Source: Clostridia bacterium (GTDB lineage Bacteria > Bacillota > Clostridia > Christensenellales > CAG-138). Taken from it: a stretch of 64,000 bases of DNA. How positions within the stretch are numbered: position 1 is the first letter of the stretch; every line of letters begins with the position of its first letter. The notes beneath the pieces are model-generated. The model made no database searches. It was not told the DNA's origin and saw only the letters and a list, made by a program, of their open reading frames with translations. A program made the translations under genes and the position numbers. The stretch lies in NCBI GenBank assembly GCA_017395105.1, contig JAFPWD010000002.1:38336-102335 (forward strand), given 5' to 3'. Shown piece after piece: positions 1 through 8,948 of this stretch.

Positions 1-1
1 T

Positions 2-709
2 TTCATCGAGGATACGGTCAAAATACGCTACTTTACGCCAACGGGCGAGGTGGAGCTCTGCGGTCATGCCACGGTCGCAAGCTTCGCGCTGCTTCGCAGG
101 ATGGAACTGATAGGGGATGGCAATGTCTTTGCCGACACAAAGGCGGGCAGGCTGAATATCACCGTAAACGGCGATCATGTTTGGATGGATATGGCGGAGC
201 CGAGGCTCGTAAAAACGCTTGAAGAAGCCGAGGCGCTCGAGCTGTATTCTGCATACGGGCTGCATCCGGAGGACGGCATTGAGGGCTTTATGCCGCAGAT
301 CGTTTCCACAGGGCTTTCGGACATTATAATGCCCGTTCGCGACAGAAAAACCCTGCTTGGCGCGGTTCAAAACGAAGCCGCCGTTTCCGCGCTCTCAAAA
401 AAGCTCGATTGCGTGGGCGTGCACATGTTTGCTCCGGGCGGGGAAGACTGCACCGCGTTCTGCGGCAATTTTGCGCCGCTTTTCGGCATTCCCGAGGAAT
501 GCGCCACGGGCACCGCGAACGGCGCGCTGACCTATTATCTTTATCTCAAGGGGCTGATCGCGCCCGAGAGAGAAAATGTTTTCGTTCAGGGCGAGCGCAT
601 GAACAGGCCGTCGAAGGTTTTGAGCAGGCTTTATAAAAGCGGCGAAAGCGTGAAGATACGCATAGGCGGCAGCGCTGTGATGAGCATGGAATGCGATATT
701 AGGCTTTGA
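2..709 (+). CDS. PhzF-family isomerase-like protein, N-terminus cut by window edge
   Basis: Frame of ORF 50..709 stays open back to nt 2 (FIEDTVKIRYFTPTGEVELCGHATVAS...). The ELCGHAT motif and C-terminal-half layout are typical of the PhzF/YddE family. Confidence 0.7.
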   Translation, partial: FIEDTVKIRYFTPTGEVELCGHATVASFALLRRMELIGDGNVFADTKAGRLNITVNGDHVWMDMAEPRLVKTLEEAEALELYSAYGLHPEDGIEGFMPQIVSTGLSDIIMPVRDRKTLLGAVQNEAAVSALSKKLDCVGVHMFAPGGEDCTAFCGNFAPLFGIPEECATGTANGALTYYLYLKGLIAPERENVFVQGERMNRPSKVLSRLYKSGESVKIRIGGSAVMSMECDIRL

Positions 710-879
710 TATGGTGCGGCGAATGCTCCGCTTTTGGCGCTCGCTGTCGATCCATGCAGCAGCGATATTCTGAATAAAACATATATTTGCAAATAGTGTA
801 ATTTTTTGACAGAATGCAAACTGCGGTTCGTTGAGCGCAGGGGCTTGACGCGCCGTAATTTCGTAGTGAGGGATACGGA

Positions 880-1707
880 ATGCAAGCATACAGCTTCTTC
901 GATTATAAGTACAATATCGAGGGCTTCGACAGCGATCTGTTCAGTCCGATGCATATTGTTTACATCATCGTGGTATACGTGCTCGGCTTCGCGCTTTCGT
1001 TTCTTTTCAGAAACACGAAGCGTGAAAGCAGCTCCCGCGGCTTAAAGGCGCTTTCGCTGATAATGCCGATTCTTGAGATAAGCAAGATCACATGGGAAAG
1101 CTATTTCGATATAACCACGGGGCAGGGCTTCAACTACGGCGGGCTCCTTCCGCTCTACACCTGCTCGCTGTTTATGTATGCGCTGATCGGCGCGGCGTGG
1201 GGCAGGGGAAGGCTGCGCGAATACTGCCTTTCATTCATAACCACGATCGGGCTTTTGTACGGCGCGGTCGGCGTAGTGTACTGCAACGGGCTCAATTATT
1301 ACCCGTTCTGGACCTTCGGTGCGTTCTATTCGCTGTTTTTCCACTCGGCGATGTTTATAACGGGCGTTTTCCTGCTCGTTTCGGGCTATAAAAGGCTCGA
1401 ATGGGCGGACTGCCTGCGCGCTATGATCCCAATACTTGCTCTTGCCGCGATAGCCGTGCCGTTCAACTACGTCTACAACCACCTTGCCCACTCCAATGCG
1501 GACTATATGCTTCTGTATTCGGGCGGGGGAGTGCCGATCTATCAAGACCTTTCAGAAAAGCTCGCTCAAAAGGGTCTGCGCTTCGTCTATACGATAATAA
1601 TGCTTCTAACGCATATCCCGCTCGCCGCGCTCATAACAGGTGCGTATAAGCTGATAAATAGCGCATCGGCGCGAAATAAAAAAAGCAAAAGCGCGATCAA
1701 GAGCTGA
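880..1707 (+). CDS. polytopic integral membrane protein (YwaF/TIGR02206-like, tentative)
   Basis: 275-aa ORF with multiple hydrophobic segments and a purine-rich RBS (GAGGGA) upstream of the ATG. Family assignment rests on general layout only. Confidence 0.4.
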   Translation: MQAYSFFDYKYNIEGFDSDLFSPMHIVYIIVVYVLGFALSFLFRNTKRESSSRGLKALSLIMPILEISKITWESYFDITTGQGFNYGGLLPLYTCSLFMYALIGAAWGRGRLREYCLSFITTIGLLYGAVGVVYCNGLNYYPFWTFGAFYSLFFHSAMFITGVFLLVSGYKRLEWADCLRAMIPILALAAIAVPFNYVYNHLAHSNADYMLLYSGGGVPIYQDLSEKLAQKGLRFVYTIIMLLTHIPLAALITGAYKLINSASARNKKSKSAIKS

Positions 1708-1738
1708 AAAATGCATTATTGAAGAGCATAAGAGGGGA

Positions 1739-1785
1739 CTGCTGCACAAGCAAGCAAATTCTGTGCAGCAGCCTCTTTCTTTTCG
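1739..1785 (+). terminator. Rho-independent terminator
   Basis: Stem ctgctgcac/gtgcagcag (1739-1747 / 1763-1771) followed by the T-rich run tctttcttttc. Confidence 0.7.
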
Positions 1786-2031
1786 TGGTATTTGAGTTTA
1801 TCTGAGGGGGCCGGCGAAAGGAGCGGATCAAAGATGACCTTGAGCCACAAAGCTGCCATAATATTTTAAGAAAGTTTTAAGATTTTTTTAAGAGTTTCAT
1901 TGAAATTGTTGAGCATTCAAATGTCATTTCACAAACACAGGCAGAATAAGGTTGCAATTTTTGAATACTTATTATTCAAAATAAGAAACCTCATAATAAT
2001 AAAATATATTTGATAAATGTGATAATTTAGC

Positions 2032-2060
2032 TTGACGATGATAGTATACAATGTTAGAAT
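2032..2060 (+). promoter_or_regulatory. sigma-A type promoter for the giant surface-protein locus
   Basis: TTGACG (2032-2037), 17-nt spacer, TAGAAT (2055-2060), with a TGT extended -10 just upstream. It lies in a very A+T-rich tract. Confidence 0.5.
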
Positions 2061-2617
2061 ATAAATATGGTAGCATCGGAGTCGTAATATATATGATCCT
2101 CCGATGCAAAAACCCCAATATATTTTTTGGAATAATTGTGTTCTGGATAGTGAGGTGTTGTAAAAAGAACAAGTATCAAAACCGCCGCAGTAATGGCGTT
2201 TGGCTTCGCGTATATACCGAAATCGGTAATACCGCGCATTGCCGTTCTGCACCGCTGCCTGTATCAAGAGCCCCGTTTATAAAGCTCTATCGGCAGTGCA
2301 GCATGGTGAATACAACGGCATTTCACCCTCGCGTGATCGGCGTCATTTCGGTTAGCGTTCGGCGATGAGCGCTTTGACGTCGACAACAGTCACTCGCATC
2401 CTGAAAACAGGGTATAAAAGCTCTCGATATACGGTATCCGAGAGTTGAATCGATACCCGTGCCGGCAAGTGTCATCGCAGCGCGCGCACTCGGATCGCAG
2501 GAACAAGAACCTCGCTTATTCCTTATCATGATCCGAGGAGATGAATCGACTTGGTTTATGCACTCGCCTGGCAGCAGACGTTTTTTGTGCACACAAGCAA
2601 TATGGAGGTCGTTTATT

Positions 2618-5600
2618 ATGAAAAAGACATTGTCACTTTTTTTGGCGATTATGACCGTCGTGTCTCTGATACTCGGCGTCGCCCCCGCCGCTAAAGTAAA
2701 TGCAGACTCCGATGTTGTTGCCGTCTACGAGGTCAAGGTGCCGGCAAAATCGGAAGGAGAAGCAACCCGCGGCAATCCGACAGGCAGGAGTATTTCGTCA
2801 ATGAACACGAAAAATCTTGCCAATACGGTAACTTATACGGGATCAATTTTCCAAGAGGCGAAAGTTACCATACTCAATTACTGGGGAACTTGGTGTGGCG
2901 TATGCACCAGCGAAATGCCTCAGGTAAAGCAGTTCTATCAGTATTTGCAGAATAATCCCAGCTACAACGTCAAGCTTTACGGCGTTGTATCGCAGGGCAA
3001 TGAATCAAGTGCGCAGTCGTATTTGAGCCAGAACGGTTATAACTGGCCCAACATGAGAACCGACAGCGTGCTTCAGTCTGCTTTCTACGGCTCCGGTTCA
3101 AACGCAGGCGACGGTTCCGCACCCCAGTGGGCAGCGGTTGACTGCAACGGAAAGATCATTAAGTATCTGAACCAGAGCGTTACCTACTCATCTCTTAAGT
3201 CATTTGCAGATCAGGCGCTCGCGATAGCTCCCGATAACGGCGGCGGCAATCCCACTCCCAGCCCCACCCCCGGCGGCAGCGGCACTACCTACAGCGGCAC
3301 CGCGACAGTTCAGGGCTACAATTATTCCGTTACCGTTTCCGTAACCAAGAGTAACGGAATGATCACCGATGTAAACGTCACCGGCAATAGCGTTGGCAAC
3401 AATTCATATTACTATAATCTTGCAGTAAACGGCAGCGGCAGCAGGCCGGGCATTCCTCAGCAGATCATAAATAATCAGGGCACAAGCAACATAAACGTGA
3501 TCTCAGGCGCAACGCGCACCTGCAATGCGATAGTTCAGGGTGCAAATACTGCGCTGTCCTACTTCTCGTCCACAACCCCCACTCCCGCTCCCACGGCGAC
3601 TCCCGCTCCTATCAGCGCACCCACGGTCAGCGTGAGCATTGTGGACGGAAAGCCCCATCTTACTTGGAACTCCGTAAGCGGCGCAACGAGATATAAAGTT
3701 AAGCGCGGAACCGGAAACGGCACCATGGGTGTTATCGCAACCATTACCGCAACAAACTATACCGATATCGCGTACCTTGTTCAGGGACAGACCTATCGCT
3801 ATGCGGTATGCGGAGTAAGCTCGAATGGCAGCGACGGAAACTACAGTAATCCCGTGAGCATAACCATCCCCACTCCGATCGTAACGCCGATCCCCACTGC
3901 GGTTCCCACGGCGATCCCCACTGCGATCCCCACTGCGGTTCCCACGGCGATTCCCACGGCGGCGCCCACGGCGACTCCCGCGCCGATCTCGGCACCTTCT
4001 ATAAACGTCACCCTCAACGGTAGCAATCAGCCTGTTATCACTTGGAACGCCGTTAGCGGCGCTGCAAACTACAAGGTCAAGCGTGCTGCGCTTGGCAGCG
4101 GCACACCGAGCGTTATCGCGACCGTTACCGGCACCGACTACACGGATACCGATAATCTCAGCATGGGTCAGACCTACACCTACGTTGTGTGCGGCGTTGG
4201 CTCGAACGGCACCGAGGGAGCTTGCAGCGCTCCCAAGAACATCACTATCTCCGCGCCTCTCAGCGCTCCGACCCTCTCCGTTTCTCTTTTGAGCAGCGGC
4301 AGACCCAAGCTCACTTGGACTGCGGTCAGCGGCGCTTCGAAGTATCAGCTCAGGCGTGCGATAGGAGACGGCGAATTCGCGCTTGTTTCAAGCACGACCG
4401 GTACTGCCTACATTGACAACTCAGCCTCTATACCCGGGCAGACCTACAACTACATAGTCTGCGCCGTTACACCGAACGGCAGTGCCGGTGCTTACAGCGA
4501 TCCCGTCAGCATTACGATAGTCGGACAGCTCGAAGCTCCTTCTGTAAGCATTTCTCTCAACAGCAATGACCAGCCCGTTATCACCTGGAATGCGGTTACC
4601 GGTGCGGCCAAATACAAGGTTAAGCGTGCTGTTGGAAACGGCACTCCGAGCGTTATCGGAACCACTGCCGATACCTCTTATACCGATGCTGCGGCTCTTA
4701 CCCCGGGTCAGACCTATACCTACGTGGTATGCGGAGCCCCCGTCAGCGGCATGGAGGGCGTATGCAGTGCTCCCCAGACCGTAACCATCCCCGAACCGCT
4801 TGCAGCTCCTTCTATAACGGTTACAATCAACGGCAACAATCAGCCCGTTATCAGTTGGAACGACGTCAGCGGCGCGATGAACTACAAAGTGAAGCGTACA
4901 CTCGGCAGCGGCACCCAGTACGTTATCGCTACCGTTAACAGCACCAACTATACCGACAACTCGGCCCTCATCCCCGGTGAGACCTATACCTACGTGGTAT
5001 GCTCGGTGGGATTTAACGGCGCTGAGGGCGCATGCAGCGCTCCCCAGACCGTAACCATCCCCGTTCCGACTGCGGCACCTTCGATAACAGTTACCATCGC
5101 AGGCGGAAAGCCGGTTATCACTTGGAATGAAGTAAGCGGAGCTGCGCAATACAAGGTTAAGCGCGCACTTGGCAACGGCACTCCCAGCGTTATCAGGACC
5201 GTTACCGCCACCACCTATACCGACGGAGCAAGCCTCACCGCAGGCAAGACCTACACCTACACCGTTTGCGCCGTTGATGCGAGCGGAAACGAAGGTGGAT
5301 GCAGCGCTCCCAAGTCCATCACCATAATAGGCAAGCCGGCGAACCTCACCGCGGGCATCGTCAATGGCAAGCCCAACCTCACCTGGACCGCAGCACAGGG
5401 TGCATCCGGCTACCAGATCTACCGCAGCACAAAGAAGAGCAGCGGCTATAAGCTCGTGGCCACCGTGAACGGAACCACCTTCACCGATGCTGCATCGCTT
5501 ACCGCGCTTAAGACCTACTACTATAAGGTTCGCGCGATAGACAACAATACCAATACCGGCGCATTCAGCACGGCAGTCGGTATCGTTGCATACGGCGTGG

Positions 5601-8600
5601 GCAAGCCCGAGAACTTTGCCGTGAGCTTGGTTGACCGCTTGCCTCATCTCACCTGGAGCGCTTCGCAGAACGCAACGCAGTATCAGATCTACCGCAGCAC
5701 AAAGAAGAGCAGCGGCTATAAGCTCATTGCTGCCGTGGACGGAACCTCCTTCACCGATACCGCAGCGCTCACAGGTCTTAAGACCTACTACTACAAGATT
5801 CGCGCTACCGACGATCACGACACCTTGAGCGAATACAGCTCGGTGGTCAGCATCGTTGCATACGGCATTGGCAAACCTGCGGGGCTCGTCATTGACACCA
5901 TCGACGGTATGCCGTTGCTCTGCTGGGATCCCGCTGCCAATGCAGCATATTATAACGTTTACCGCAGCACCAAGAGCTCCAGCGGCTACAAGCTGGTGAG
6001 CTCGGTAATGGATCCCGCTTTTGTCGACACGGATACGCTTACGGTTGGCAAAACGTACTACTACAAGATCCGCGCTTATGACGATCAGGACATGGCAGGC
6101 GCGATGAGCGCTTATGTTTCCATCGTTATTTCCGAATCCGACATCAAGGGTGAAGCTACAAGGGGCGGCGTTATCGGCGACAAGAGTACTGCACCCGTGG
6201 TAACGATTACTCTTACAAGCAACAACAGGCCCAAGCTTACCTGGAATGCGGTCAGCGGTGCAGCGAAGTATAAGGTAAACCGTGCAATAGGTGAAGGCAG
6301 TTTCGCGACTATCTCGACCTTAACGGGCACAACCTATATCGACCTCGCGGCATCCACGCCCGGTCAGACCTACATCTACACGGTATGCACGTTAGCAGCG
6401 AACGGTGATGAAATTGCATGCAGCGTGCCCAAGAGCATAACTATTCCCGGCGGCACTCCCGCTCCCGGCGCACCCAGCATCACCGTTACCCTTAACGGCA
6501 GCAATCAGCCCGTTATCAGCTGGAACGCTGTCACCTATGCGGTGAGCTACAAGATCAGTCGCGCTCTCGGCAACGGCACACCGACTGTTCTCACCACAAT
6601 TAACGGCACCTCATATACCGACACCTCGGCTCTTATCCCCGGGCAAACCTACAACTACACGGTATGCTCGTTAGGAGCTAACGGCGTTGAAGGTGCATGC
6701 AGCGTACCCAAGAGTATAACCATTCCCAGCGCTCCCGGCGCACCCAGCATCACCGTTACCCTTAACGGCAGCAATCAGCCCGTTATCAGCTGGAACGCGG
6801 TAAGCGGCGCATCGAGCTATAAGGTAAAGCGCGGACTCGGCAATGCCGAACCGAGCCTTATCGCTACCGTTACCGGCACCACCCATACCGACACCGCAGC
6901 CCTTATCCCGGGGCAGACCTACACCTACGTGGTATGCTCGGTAGGAGCGAACGGTGCTGAGAGCAACTGCAGCGCACCCAAGACTGTGACCATTCCTGCA
7001 GGCGGTCCGCTTCCCGCACCCGCCAACGTAAGTGCGAGCTGTGTCAACGGCAAGCCCGTCATCACCTGGAGCGCGGTCAGCGGAGCGGTCAACTACAGGG
7101 TATACCGCGCCACCAAGGCATCCGGTTCGTATTCCGGTGTAGGCACCGCAAACGGAACCTCCTTCACCGATGATGATGCACTGACCGTAGGCAAGACCTA
7201 CTACTACAAGGTTCGTGCAGTCGATGCAAGCGGCACCCTCGGCACGACCAGCACCTATGCGAGCGTAACCGTTACCACAGGCACCGCCACTCCGACTCCC
7301 GCCCCCGGCGGTCCGCTTCCCGCACCCGCCAACGTAAGTGCGAGCTGTGTCAACGGCAAGCCCGTCATCACCTGGAGCGCGGTCAGCGGAGCGGTCAACT
7401 ACAGGGTATACCGCGCCACCAAGGCATCCGGTTCGTATGCCGGTGTAGGCACCGCAAACGGAACATCCTTCACTGATGATGATGCACTTACCGTAGGCAA
7501 GACCTACTACTACAAGGTTCGTGCAGTCGATGCAAGCGGCACCCTCGGCACGACCAGCGCCTATGCGAGCGTAACCGTTACCGCAGATACCGCCACTCCG
7601 ACTCCCGCTCCCAGCGGCACCACCTACAGCGGAACTGCGAACGTTGTGGGCTTCAACTACACCGTTACCGTTTATGTTACCAAGAACAACGGCACGATCA
7701 CCAATGTAAGCGTAACCGCCAATAACCTTGGCGACAGTGCACCTTATTATAATCTTGCTATCAACGGCAGCGGCAGCAGGCCGGGTATCCCGCAGCAGAT
7801 CATCAACAATCAGGGCACGAGCAACATTGATGTGATCTCCGGCGCGACCGTCACCTGTGACGCTATCGTTCAGGGCGCAAACGCCGCCCTTGCAAACTTC
7901 CCGCCCAGCGGTCCGCTTCCGGCGCCAGCTAACGTAGGTGCGAGCTGTGTCAACGGCAAGCCCGTCATAACCTGGAGTGCAGTGAGTGGAGCGGTCAACT
8001 ACAGGGTATACCGCGCCACCAAGGCATCCGGTTCGTATGCCGGCGTAGGCACCGCAAACGGAACCTCCTTCACCGATGATGATGCACTGACCGTAGGCAA
8101 GACCTACTACTACAAGGTTCGTGCGGTCGATGCAAGCGGCACTCTCGGCACGACCAGCACCTATACAAGCGTTACCGTTGCCGCAGCCAATGCCCTGCCT
8201 GCGCCCACCGGCGTGAATGTGAGCATTGTTAATTCCAAGCCCGTAATAAGCTGGAATGCTGTAAACGGCGCGCTGCACTATAATGTTTTTCGCGAGAGCG
8301 ACATCAAGACATACGCTCTGGTAGGCATCACGAACGAAGAGGTATTCACCGACAACAACGTTATTGAACACGGAAAATACTCCTACAAGGTTCAGGCTGT
8401 GAACGGTGAGATCGTGAGTGAATTCAGCGTGGTAGTCAGCGTTGAGGTCTACGGAGATGAACTCGATGCGCCCACCGGTGTGCGCGCGACCATCGTTGAT
8501 TTCAAGCCCGTCATCACCTGGAATGCTGTGGCCGGCGCGACTCACTATGAGGTCTACCGCGAAGCCGATATCAAGACTTACACCCTCGTTGCCAGCCTGA

Positions 8601-8800
8601 CCGAAACGAGCTTCACCGACAACACTCTGCTCGAGCCCGGAGTTTACTGCTACAAGATCCGTGCTGTGAATGAGCATTCCGTGAGCGGATACAGCGAAGT
8701 TGTCAGCGTTGAAGTCAGCGATATCAAGCAAATGTACCTGACTGTAAACGTGCTCAAAATGCAGCAGCTCGCGCTTATTGAGCAGAAGTATGCGGCGTAA
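2618..8800 (+). CDS. giant secreted multidomain protein: signal peptide, TlpA/ResA-like thioredoxin, 2 FMN_bind domains, ~17 Fn3-like repeats
   Basis: GGAGG RBS at 2604-2608 precedes ATG 2618 (MKKTLSLFLAIMTVVSLILGVAPAAKVNA signal peptide). WCGVC lies at 2891-2905. The two FMN_bind regions end in NVISGAT and DVISGAT. Repeated ...ITWNAVSGA.xYKVKR... and ...YRSTKxSSGYKL...KTYYYKVRA... modules are present. The 53 codons upstream in the ORF track lack an RBS or signal peptide. Confidence 0.85.
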   Translation: MKKTLSLFLAIMTVVSLILGVAPAAKVNADSDVVAVYEVKVPAKSEGEATRGNPTGRSISSMNTKNLANTVTYTGSIFQEAKVTILNYWGTWCGVCTSEMPQVKQFYQYLQNNPSYNVKLYGVVSQGNESSAQSYLSQNGYNWPNMRTDSVLQSAFYGSGSNAGDGSAPQWAAVDCNGKIIKYLNQSVTYSSLKSFADQALAIAPDNGGGNPTPSPTPGGSGTTYSGTATVQGYNYSVTVSVTKSNGMITDVNVTGNSVGNNSYYYNLAVNGSGSRPGIPQQIINNQGTSNINVISGATRTCNAIVQGANTALSYFSSTTPTPAPTATPAPISAPTVSVSIVDGKPHLTWNSVSGATRYKVKRGTGNGTMGVIATITATNYTDIAYLVQGQTYRYAVCGVSSNGSDGNYSNPVSITIPTPIVTPIPTAVPTAIPTAIPTAVPTAIPTAAPTATPAPISAPSINVTLNGSNQPVITWNAVSGAANYKVKRAALGSGTPSVIATVTGTDYTDTDNLSMGQTYTYVVCGVGSNGTEGACSAPKNITISAPLSAPTLSVSLLSSGRPKLTWTAVSGASKYQLRRAIGDGEFALVSSTTGTAYIDNSASIPGQTYNYIVCAVTPNGSAGAYSDPVSITIVGQLEAPSVSISLNSNDQPVITWNAVTGAAKYKVKRAVGNGTPSVIGTTADTSYTDAAALTPGQTYTYVVCGAPVSGMEGVCSAPQTVTIPEPLAAPSITVTINGNNQPVISWNDVSGAMNYKVKRTLGSGTQYVIATVNSTNYTDNSALIPGETYTYVVCSVGFNGAEGACSAPQTVTIPVPTAAPSITVTIAGGKPVITWNEVSGAAQYKVKRALGNGTPSVIRTVTATTYTDGASLTAGKTYTYTVCAVDASGNEGGCSAPKSITIIGKPANLTAGIVNGKPNLTWTAAQGASGYQIYRSTKKSSGYKLVATVNGTTFTDAASLTALKTYYYKVRAIDNNTNTGAFSTAVGIVAYGVGKPENFAVSLVDRLPHLTWSASQNATQYQIYRSTKKSSGYKLIAAVDGTSFTDTAALTGLKTYYYKIRATDDHDTLSEYSSVVSIVAYGIGKPAGLVIDTIDGMPLLCWDPAANAAYYNVYRSTKSSSGYKLVSSVMDPAFVDTDTLTVGKTYYYKIRAYDDQDMAGAMSAYVSIVISESDIKGEATRGGVIGDKSTAPVVTITLTSNNRPKLTWNAVSGAAKYKVNRAIGEGSFATISTLTGTTYIDLAASTPGQTYIYTVCTLAANGDEIACSVPKSITIPGGTPAPGAPSITVTLNGSNQPVISWNAVTYAVSYKISRALGNGTPTVLTTINGTSYTDTSALIPGQTYNYTVCSLGANGVEGACSVPKSITIPSAPGAPSITVTLNGSNQPVISWNAVSGASSYKVKRGLGNAEPSLIATVTGTTHTDTAALIPGQTYTYVVCSVGANGAESNCSAPKTVTIPAGGPLPAPANVSASCVNGKPVITWSAVSGAVNYRVYRATKASGSYSGVGTANGTSFTDDDALTVGKTYYYKVRAVDASGTLGTTSTYASVTVTTGTATPTPAPGGPLPAPANVSASCVNGKPVITWSAVSGAVNYRVYRATKASGSYAGVGTANGTSFTDDDALTVGKTYYYKVRAVDASGTLGTTSAYASVTVTADTATPTPAPSGTTYSGTANVVGFNYTVTVYVTKNNGTITNVSVTANNLGDSAPYYNLAINGSGSRPGIPQQIINNQGTSNIDVISGATVTCDAIVQGANAALANFPPSGPLPAPANVGASCVNGKPVITWSAVSGAVNYRVYRATKASGSYAGVGTANGTSFTDDDALTVGKTYYYKVRAVDASGTLGTTSTYTSVTVAAANALPAPTGVNVSIVNSKPVISWNAVNGALHYNVFRESDIKTYALVGITNEEVFTDNNVIEHGKYSYKVQAVNGEIVSEFSVVVSVEVYGDELDAPTGVRATIVDFKPVITWNAVAGATHYEVYREADIKTYTLVASLTETSFTDNTLLEPGVYCYKIRAVNEHSVSGYSEVVSVEVSDIKQMYLTVNVLKMQQLALIEQKYAA
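2800..3220 (+). other. thioredoxin-fold (TlpA/ResA-like) domain of the giant protein, CxxC = WCGVC
   Basis: KVTILNYWGTWCGVCTSEMPQVKQFYQYL...VKLYGVV...NGYNWPNM matches the usual extracytoplasmic redoxin pattern. Confidence 0.75.
3284..3560 (+). other. FMN_bind domain 1 with flavinylation-type motif (Thr codon 3512-3514)
   Basis: YSGTATVQGYNYSVTVSVTKSNGMITDVNVTG...INVISGATRTCNAIVQGANTAL. Confidence 0.8.
7001..7612 (+). repeat. two tandem, nearly identical 306-bp coding repeats (Fn3-like module); a third copy lies at ~7907-8175
   Basis: By-eye alignment of 7001.. and 7307.. shows only a handful of substitutions. Each encodes GGPLPAPANVSASCVNGKPVITWSAVSGAVNYRVYRATKASGSY.... Confidence 0.85.
7613..7900 (+). 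other. FMN_bind domain 2 with flavinylation-type motif (Thr codon 7847-7849)
   Basis: YSGTANVVGFNYTVTVYVTKNNGTITNVSVTA...IDVISGATVTCDAIVQGANAAL. Confidence 0.8.
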
Positions 8801-8850
8801 CCGCGTTACCCATCGGAAACCTAAGCGTTCCCGATCAACATTAGCCAATC

Positions 8851-8876
8851 CCCGGAGCTTTTCAAAAAGCTCCGGG
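8851..8876 (+). other. strong intergenic hairpin between the two giant genes (no U-tract)
   Basis: cccggagcttt / aaagctccggg form an 11-bp perfect stem. The hairpin is followed by tggtataaaaaacc, not a T-run. Confidence 0.4.
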
Positions 8877-8948
8877 ATGGTATAAAAAACCTCGCTTCCC
8901 CAGCATCATGGGTATGATGCAAAAAAAAACGCAAAGGAGATACCTCAC

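Noticed and set aside
2459-2617. Upstream extension of the giant ORF (ORF track start at 2459)
   Set aside because: No RBS is present, and the 53 extra residues precede a perfect signal peptide. That peptide starts at ATG 2618 and has a GGAGG RBS at 2604-2608.
3866-3985. 12/15-bp tandem repeats (also at ~11521-11665) as independent microsatellite features
   Set aside because: They encode in-frame (A/I/V)PT linkers between domains of the two surface proteins. They are noted only as slippage-prone coding linkers.
8195-8212. LPAPTG as a possible sortase (LPXTG) signal in the giant protein
   Set aside because: It has six residues (LPxxTG), is internal at the start of an Fn3-like repeat, and is not followed by a hydrophobic segment and basic tail. 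No LPXTG-type signal was seen at either C-terminus.
4421-8848. Long minus-strand ORFs (4421..5818, 465 aa; 6671..8848, 725 aa) and many short ORFs inside the giant gene
   Set aside because: They are antisense shadow frames of a GC-rich, repeat-rich coding region. Their products are low-complexity (G/A/R/V-rich), lack an RBS or recognisable motifs, and mirror the repeat periodicity of the plus-strand gene.
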